NCBI GenBank assembly: GCA_012295275.1
Contig: CM022677.1
Coordinates: 18,538,001 to 18,602,000 of the forward strand
Reading direction: 5' to 3'
DNA: 64,000 bases
Origin: Chrysomallon squamiferum
Lineage: Eukaryota; Animalia; Mollusca
Shown here piece after piece: positions 54,530 to 64,000 of the stretch (positions within the stretch are counted from its first letter, which is position 1; the number at the start of each line of letters is the position of its first letter). The notes beneath the pieces were generated by a model, which saw only the letters and a program-made list of their open reading frames with translations, was not told where the DNA came from and searched no databases. The position numbers and the translations under genes are program-made.

Positions 54530-56217
54530 ATGGATCACAACAACGAAAGTTTGTTACAAAACAAAGAAGTGAAACAGAGAGAAAGGTGTAATCCAGGTAG
54601 CAGTGACGAGCCACTCATCAAACCAAATGGAGAAGAAAATTTAGACAAAGAAAAAGACACAGAAAAAGAGAAAAAGAAATTCTGGACACAGGTCATTGTC
54701 CTTTTTCTTTTCATCGACATCTTTCTGGTGATCGTTATATCTCTAACTTTCACTACACCACGGGTGCAGTCACAACGTCAAACCGTTGTGCAATGGGACG
54801 ATGACGTCTGCTTTCCGTGCAAAGATGTTTATCTCACCGACGACGACAAAACTGACAACATCTACGACTTCGACGTTCGAGAACATGGAAATATCTGCTG
54901 TGCTGGTCATGAGCGAAACCTGATCGACATCGTAACAAAGGTTTTTATTATTATTATTATTATTGTTATTATTATTGTTATTATTATTATTATTATTATT
55001 TCTATTATTCCTATTATTATTATTGTTATGCTTGTTGTTGCTGTTGTTGATGATGTATGTATGTATGTATATGTATGTATGTTCTTACATAACAACCAAA
55101 ATATGTTGATTCTTTTCTACAATTCTATTTATTCGCAGTTTGCAGAAACACAGTACCAGCAAGAGAGAGCGAAAAGTGAGTAGTAAATCATTCTTAATAT
55201 ACAATAACATTCTTAATACATTTACAACTAAAAACTGACATTTGTCAGAAACACACACGCACACACGCACACACACACACACACGCACACAACATTTATA
55301 CACATACACATTTAACAAAAAACAAAACCCCCCAGAAAGCACACAGGTATGTGTTAAACTATAGATTCAGGCTTCGACAGTAAGGCACGTCTGAACGACA
55401 TTGTCTAGTAAACGACTGGTTCGGTCTAATCACAACTGTCTCTAACTAGCCCGACTGGTCGTGTTAATAATGTATGAACGGTGAATTGATTTGCCATCCA
55501 GTGATCGTATAAACATTAATATATTCTATTTTTATTCATCAGAGCAGAAATCCCAGGTTCTATAATTAGACGTGTTGTGCGCAGTGGGCAGTGAATAACT
55601 AAACAATCCCGACTTCGTGCTAACTGCTGAGTAATATTGAATTTTTTTTAGAGGCGGGATTCGTTACAACTCGGTCGATTCCGTACCTCGTTATACAGTC
55701 GGAACATTTCGTACATTTCTTTGAAATATAAGTGTAGCGGAATGTGACGAGGTGTTCCGACTGACCGGAATCGACCGAGAGATGCTCAATATAGAGTGTG
55801 CGTGTGTTAAATGTATCATACTTAAAAACATTAACATCGAAATATATATATATATATATATATTTTTTTTTTAGATTCTGAATCACGTTTTGATGGGGAG
55901 AGTGACCGCTCAGCATATCTACGCGAAATTGACTGGGTGAGGTCAGGTGAGGTCAAAGTTCGTTAAACGTTAAACAGTAATGAACTATTAAAGTATTAAA
56001 AATCATTTTTAAATAACAGATGTCTTCATTATGTTACCATATTAGCTATTTATTATAAAATAATAATAATAATGATAATAATAATAATAATAGTAATTGT
56101 TCAGTCTCTTTATTAGATTGACTAGCTTTAATGTGGATATGTAGGTGTAAATGAGAGAAGGCTAGAGAAAGAGATTTTGCTAAACAATTATGATTATTAT
56201 TGTTATTATTGTTATTA

Positions 56218-56287
<70 letters not shown>

Positions 56288-56680
56288 GCAGAAGGACAAA
56301 CTATTCTCCAATGGAAACAAGACTCTGCGATCATTGGGAAGAAGATGATGTACAAAGATGGCCGCATTCAAGTGAAAACGCCTGGAACGTGTTTTGTTTA
56401 CGCTCATCTTGATTTCGTGAACAACCAAACACAAGACGACGCCACTTCTGTTCATTCCATCTGGCTTAGAAATGGCGGGAAACACGAAGAGAAATTACTC
56501 GAACTTTTCCAGTCTCAGTGTGTGGTGACGTCATTAGCGACAGCATGGTTTACTCCCACTTACCAAGGCGCGTTGTTTGAACTGAAAGCAGACGACAGTA
56601 TTGAACTGCGCATGCAGAACATTGACAATCTTAAAAAGGAGAACAACAAACACAACTTCGGAATTTATTGCTTTCAGTAA
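54530..56680 (+). CDS. TNF superfamily ligand, copy 2, 302 aa; exons 54530-54940, 55139-55175, 55875-55946, 56292-56680
   Basis: Exon sizes identical to copy 1 (411/37/72/389); canonical splice sites; open frame. Confidence 0.9.
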
Positions 56681-57002
56681 TTTTCTATAACTAACAAGTG
56701 GAGATGTGATTTAGTGAAAGCAAATGATTAAACACGAAACACAAACTTACAAATCACAGACGTAACTTTTACTTACAGAACTGTGATGAGAATCAGTTTT
56801 GTGAATTTAATATTATTACTACTACTACTACAACTTGTACTACTACTACTGTATCTCTTGTATATTTTTCTATCATAAGAATAATAATAATAATAATGAT
56901 GATGATGATGATGATGATAATAATAATAATAATAATAATATTGCTGTTCCTTTTGCTGATAATGATCATTGAGACGGGGACAACGAAACTTCTCTTTAAT
57001 TA

Positions 57003-57202
57003 NNNNNNNNNNNNNNNNNNNNNNNNNNNNNNNNNNNNNNNNNNNNNNNNNNNNNNNNNNNNNNNNNNNNNNNNNNNNNNNNNNNNNNNNNNNNNNNNNN
57101 NNNNNNNNNNNNNNNNNNNNNNNNNNNNNNNNNNNNNNNNNNNNNNNNNNNNNNNNNNNNNNNNNNNNNNNNNNNNNNNNNNNNNNNNNNNNNNNNNNNN
57201 NN
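57003..57202. other. Assembly gap (200 N)
   Basis: Run of N. Confidence 0.99.
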
Positions 57203-57539
57203 AATGTATTATTATTTAGTTGAATTTACAGTATTTTTTCAAATCGTTATTATAATTATATAATTCTCCTTGAATATTGCTTGAGTTATATATTAAACCG
57301 GTTTGGAAAAAGATCAGGTGGGATAACCAGTCTTTTTCTTTTGCTTAACGTTTGATAACAGAGTTACTTCCCTTGCCGAAAACTCGACAGAAATTGAAAT
57401 CGTATTGATAATTCTTACGTTTCTTTAAACCAAACTGGATTATACGTTTATTAAGAAAGCTCAAATAACACACATAAACAGTTTATTTATTTGTTTAATA
57501 TGTGACATAGTGTTGTCATTATATATATTTAAATTCATC

Positions 57540-57589
<50 letters not shown>

Positions 57590-57593
57590 GCAG

Positions 57594-57985
57594 AAGGACA
57601 AACTATACTCCACTGGAAACAAGACTCTTCGTTCATTGGGAAGAAGATGATGTACAAAGATGGCCGCATTCAAGTAAAAACGCCTGGCACGTGTTTTATT
57701 TACGCTCATCTTGTTTTCGTGAACAACCAAACACAAGACGACGTCAATTCTGTTCATTCCATCTGGCTTAGAAATGGCGGGAAACACGAAGAGAAATTAC
57801 TCCAACTTTTCCAGTCGTCTCGGTGTGTGGTGACGTCATCAGCGACAGCAGGGTTTACTCCCACTTACGAAGGCGCGCTGTTTGAACTGAAAGCAAACGA
57901 CAGTATTGAACTGCGCGTGCAGATCTCTAAACATCTTGAAAAGGACATTTACAAACACAACATCGGAATTTATTGTTTTCAGTAA
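57594..57985 (+). pseudogene. TNF ligand copy 3: exon 4 only (TNF domain), open frame, exons 1-3 apparently deleted
   Basis: Acceptor atgcag|57594; 392 nt (one extra codon). Sequence 57430-57545 matches the upstream region of copies 1 and 2 (32780-32900; 53615-53725), not intron 3. Confidence 0.75.
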
Positions 57986-58690
57986 TTTTCTATAACTAAC
58001 AAGTAGAGATGTGATTTAGTAAAAGAAAATGATTAAACACGAAACAAAACTTACAAATCACAGACAGAACTTTGAGGAGAATCAGTTTCGTCATTTGTTT
58101 TTGCTTTGCTACTGTAGAATTTTTATTATGATTTGTTTCGTTGACGTTTGGTCAGTTTGTCCTCCTTGGAGACGCTGAAGTTACTATGATGTCAATGTCA
58201 ACATTGATATATCAGGAATTTACTAATATTAAAACCCTTTAATTTGAAACCTCGTCTTGTTTGTTTATTCCTTAGACGCCTATTTTTATGGAGTGAGTAA
58301 CTAGTGGGTTACGTACGTCTATATATTTATATATATATTTGTATGTATGTATGTGTGTATGCATGTATTTGTGTGTGTAGGTATGCATGTATGTATGTAT
58401 GTGTGTATGTGTGTGTTGAAATATAACCATTATTTTGGAGAATAGTTGTTAGTCTGAGATCAGACTGAACAAATTAATCTCTAGACATTATCTCTAAAAC
58501 AGTGGGTGAGAATATCGGGAAATCTTATGTCAACGCTATAAGCAGTTGCAAGCAGAAATAACACAGTAGTGTTGTTATCAACTGTCTGTCACGCCAACTA
58601 AGAAGAATGTTATTTGATATACTTGCGTATTGAAATACTTACTGAGGTGTCCTATTTTACCTTCAAGGGTAAACATATTTAATGAACCCC

Positions 58691-58766
<76 letters not shown>

Positions 58767-58797
58767 GAGAGAGAGACAGACAGAGAGAGAGACAGAC

Positions 58798-58862
<65 letters not shown>

Positions 58863-58867
58863 GAGAC

Positions 58868-58943
<76 letters not shown>

Positions 58944-58989
58944 AGAGAGAGAGAGACAGAGAGACAGAGAGAGAGAGAGAGAGACAGAC

Positions 58990-59022
<33 letters not shown>

Positions 59023-59027
59023 GAGAT

Positions 59028-59060
<33 letters not shown>

Positions 59061-59095
59061 ATGAGAGAGAGAGAGAGAGAGACAGAGAGACAGAG

Positions 59096-59128
<33 letters not shown>

Positions 59129-59167
59129 GACAGAGAGAGAGAGAGACAGACAGAGAGAGAGAGAATG

Positions 59168-59200
<33 letters not shown>

Positions 59201-59209
59201 GAGAGAATG

Positions 59210-59242
<33 letters not shown>

Positions 59243-59295
59243 TAGAGAGAGAGAGAGACAGACAGAGAGAGAGAGAATGAGAGAGAGAGAGAGAG

Positions 59296-59379
<84 letters not shown>

Positions 59380-60646
59380 TTACTTATATTTACTACTACT
59401 ACTGCTAACACTGCTATTACTACGACTGCTAATGCTACTGTTGCTGCTACAGCTTTACTACCACTGCTAATATCAACATCGTTACACTATTACTACGAAC
59501 GTAGGTAAAAATATCATTGTCTTGTATATGAAATTTCTTATAAACCATATTTTCTTTCTTTAATCCATTTATATTTAGTCAGTAGCGTATAATTAAAGTA
59601 TTACTGAAACAATGTGACACAGTAATTTGTTTTCTCAGGAGTAAAGTTTACTTAGCAGTAGTAGTAGTATCATTGCTATTAAGTTCATTGGGTAGTTAAT
59701 TAATTATGACATTTTACGGTTTGTAAGTCTTGTGTTTCAATTGAAAACTTTAACATTATGTGACGTCATTCCGTGCGTTATTAAAAAGTAAAAAAGTTTA
59801 AAATTTGTAAAATTATTTTAATAACTGATGTGATATATTATCACGACATTTTACCATTATAACATTTTCAATGTTATAGTTAGATTTCTATCATGGTGTC
59901 TATCTGTCTAATTGTCCTTCTATTTTTATGAAACTCAAACAAAAAATTAAATCACCATTAATTGTCTACAAATCTCAGTACCGGCCCTGTCACCCTCCTC
60001 TGTGATTATTGTTGATCACTTCCCTTAGTCAAACTAGCTTCAACATGCACAATAAAGACAAGAAGAAACATGATCTCTAACACCTGGACTTAAAACCCGA
60101 GTCTAAGATTTCCAGGGAGATATCCAGTTTCACATCTAGTCACGTTTTTCAAAACATCGTGTATTTCTAAAGCCTAACGTAAATTCAGTTTACAGTAGTA
60201 ATCATACTGCTTTTTATTTCTTTACTCGCGTTTAGTTTTATTCATAAATGTTTTACATTTCTTAACATAAACTTCGATTTACTAAAAAATTAAAAATAAG
60301 TGTATATTCATTTGTGTACTGAAATGCATCATTTGTGAAAGCTTGAGTCACTATGCCTTTTCATTTCACTTCGTTTCTCAAGTGAGTATGTAAATTTAAG
60401 AATATTACATTTACGATCTTCGTCCGTAAGGAATAATTTCGGATTTACAAGATTTAAACTAAATGATGACGTCAACAAGGTATCTTGCCTTTCCTTTATT
60501 GTGTTCGTTCGTTTCCGTAACGATGACGTCAAGAATACTATGACGTGATATTGTTCTGTTTATATGTATGGAGGTTTTAATTTTCATGAAACCTTTCTTT
60601 TTGATCTGAGTTAGGACATTAATGTACATAAAATAATATAAGTTAC

Positions 60647-60677
<31 letters not shown>

Positions 60678-60759
60678 CTGTTATTAATACACTTTAAATG
60701 ATAATTATGATTGAGTATATTAAACATTTCATTGATATATATAAAAGATAAAAATGAAT

Positions 60760-62073
60760 TCAGTCCAACACACGGCTCCATCACGACACTGTAATCTGAG
60801 TTCTTCCTGACCAGAACAAACTTGATGCCTACGACCAGTCCGTCCGATGAATTTATCTTCAAACTGGTCTGTTACAGGCTGAAGTTCCTCAGTTAGTTCG
60901 TCTTGCAGAAGCTCAAACAACTCAGTAACATCAGCGAGTGGCACACGTGTTAAAGCTGGTGACACACGTGTTAAAGCTGGTGACACACGTGTTAATGCTG
61001 GTGACACACGTGTTAAAGCTGGTGACAAACGTGTTAAAGCTGGTAGAACACGTGTTAAAGCTGGTGGCACACGTATTAAAGCTGGTGACACACGTGTTAA
61101 AGCTGGTGACAAACGTGTTAAAGCTGGTAGAACACGTGTTAAAGCTGGTGGTGACACACGTGTTAAAGCTGGTGACACACGTGTTAAAGCTGGTGGCACA
61201 CGTGTTAAAGCTGGTGGTGACACACGTGTTAAAGCTGGTGACAAACGTGTTAAAGCTGGTAGAACACGTGTTAAAGCTGGTGGTGACACACGTGTTAAAG
61301 CTGGTGACACACGTGTTAATGCTGGTGACACACGTGTTAAAGCTGGTAACATGCGCGCAGACAGAGAAAAGACTGGAACTGTTGTGCAGTGCTCTTGTAA
61401 CTCAGAAGCTTGCACACGACTGAGCGACGTGAGAGAGGCAGACCTGCAGTTCAGTCTCTGGAAACGTGGCACTCGCGGTGTTTTCATTGTAGCATCTCGT
61501 AACCAAATTTCATGTGCAGTGTTTATATTAGTTGTATATTTGTAAAACCCCATATTTCCCAACCATACAATAAAACTGGCTGTCTTAGTTTGTTAAATAA
61601 ATCAAGTATAAATTTTATCGACTTTTAGCTATACAGTCGATGGAGTAGATTATTTTACGTTGTTGTTTTGTTATAGGCGGGTTTACAGAAAAAAAGGCGG
61701 GTGTTACTTAAAAAAAAATGTCTTACTTAATCTGAATTCCGTGACACACAGACATGATCATCATGAATCAAAATGTTTTTGCTCTAGTAGAAGTATCCAT
61801 TGTTTGTTTTTTACGTAAGCTGAGTAGTCAGCAATGTTGATGTTCGTGTTTTTTATTCAGTTAATTTGACATCAAAGATATCACATATAAAATTGCAGTA
61901 AATTAGAAGATTAAAGACAACGATACTCATAGTATAGTTCGGATATTTGATAGGTAGGAAGGGCCGAGAATTGTCACCTGGGCAGGAAATGACGTAGAAC
62001 CAGTGAGAAATAAAGTAGAGGGGAATCACCAGAGGGAAATACCCGATGGAGGGGGGGGAATGTCCTGACACCG
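60760..62073 (-). mobile_element. MULE (Mutator-like) transposase remnant with candidate terminal sequence near 62000-62073
   Basis: With frameshifts: ATFPETELQVCLSHVAQS (CxxH motif) / RVQASELQEH..VFSLSARMLPAL[repeat]VPLADVTELFELLQDELTEELQPVTDQFEDKFIGR. This resembles the animal MULE pattern C.FH..Q...F.L..RML.ALAFVP..DV...YFED..IG. Right boundary uncertain. Confidence 0.72.
60940..61350. repeat. Minisatellite: ~19 copies of 21/24-bp gacacacgtgttaaagctggt(ggt)
   Basis: Read directly; translates as PALTRVS on the minus strand. Confidence 0.95.
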
Positions 62074-62084
62074 TATTTTATATC

Positions 62085-62470
62085 ATAAACAAATAACTGG
62101 ATGACTTTTATTAAGAAAACTTTATATGAATTGGGACTGGGAAACACAGATTAATGAAAATATTGAAAAATATTTATGCATAACTAAGCAATTGACACAT
62201 GACTTAGCAAGGCAGAATCTTTCAATTCAGATAAATACATCTGTGAAATGTAACAAGTTATGTAAATACATTACAGATGGTGTAACAATTCAGTTTGATT
62301 TAGTTAAATCTGTACCAATGATTTATAAAAGATACTTGACAAAAGTGAATCTGCACATCAGCTGACAAATGAGACTGGGAGATGCAGGAATAGTGAGAGA
62401 GCAGAAGAAAAAAAGTAGATAATGTAACAGTGGTGAGATGAGACTGAACATAAGAAATCACTGTGTAATT
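62085..62470 (+). mobile_element. LINE ORF2 C-terminal fragment
   Basis: Homologous to 29640-29880 and extends into a frameshifted SAHQL.NETGR..N..R motif, typical of CR1/L2-type 3' ends. Confidence 0.65.
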
Positions 62471-63127
62471 TGGGAAAATATTTGTTTAAAGCATTTCAAT
62501 GTCATAAAGTTTAGATTTGTTAGATATAACTTACGTGCTATATTATTTATATTCTCCAAATATTTTTTTTTTCTTTTTATCATATTGTCACTATTTATAT
62601 TTTTTGCATTTGTATTGAAATTTTATATCAATAGGCTGTAAAGATTATGATAATAAATAATTGAATTGAACCACTAAACCCTACAATGAACGGTTGTAAG
62701 CAAAGCATTTAACTGTCTGCCTGAATTCTTCTCATTTTCTCACTAGGCCTCGTGTCACGTGGTCTATGGCGTTAGATGAAGTATCTATTATCACATGATG
62801 ACTGTAACATATAAATTACAGAAAAGACTAAATCTACTGTTACTCAAAAATAATTGGCAAAGTCCGAATCAGTGGGTGTATATATTGACTTTCCAGTGAC
62901 TTTCTCAATGACAATGATTTGTACTCATCAACTATAGGATTGATCACACAGAAGAAGGTATTTCCTATCTATATAATAAAACAAATTAAAAACCAGTGAC
63001 TGGATAGACGACATCGTGTATAAACATTTCATTGGTAAGAAACCATCTTAAAAGAAAAATCAAACGGACAATCACAATTCAGAATTTGTATATAAGCGTT
63101 ATACATATGTTCTGAGATAAAAAATAA

Positions 63128-63849
<722 letters not shown>

Positions 63850-63911
63850 GTGAGTAGTAAATCATTCTTAATATACAACAATATTCTTAATAAATTTGAA
63901 ACTAAAAACTG

Positions 63912-63952
<41 letters not shown>

Positions 63953-64000
63953 CACAACACACATACCCATACATATATATATACACATATAATACAAACA

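Noticed and set aside
60940-61350. CRISPR-like array
   Set aside because: Units are contiguous with no unique spacers; eukaryotic context; no cas genes.
60729-61562. 277-aa proline-rich repeat protein gene (and 161-aa + strand ORF)
   Set aside because: Open only because the repeat unit is a multiple of 3; flanks are frameshifted transposase.

Overview
Eukaryotic, AT-rich, microsatellite-dense animal DNA. It is probably molluscan, an inference from the TNF stalk Cys pattern and the repeat content. Most ORF-track entries are translations of simple repeats. Real content: (1) the last two exons of a calmodulin-like EF-hand gene (601-2002, +). (2) An inverted duplication with ~9-10 kb arms (~1490-10695 and ~12900-23270) carrying two intact, convergent, divergent C1GALT1 (T-synthase)-like genes and an orphan copy of the EF-hand last exon. 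(3) A birth-and-death array of type II membrane TNF-superfamily ligand genes: two complete 4-exon copies, one running off the window, an exon-3-only relic, an exon-4-only relic and promoter-only relics. Many breakpoints sit in (ATT)n or (GA)n tracts. (4) A decayed GT11 alpha-1,2-fucosyltransferase fragment between the two clusters. (5) Mobile-element remnants: a tRNA-derived SINE, Tigger/pogo, LINE 3' ends, and a MULE transposase with an in-frame 21-bp minisatellite expansion. (6) Several kb-scale tandem duplications and a 200-N gap. All family calls come from reading motifs by eye; no database search was run. I see no clear wholly new system. The best leads are the remodelled T-synthase pair, a predicted novel cross-strand disulfide and loop-focused divergence in the TNFs, and microsatellite-junction gene dismantling.
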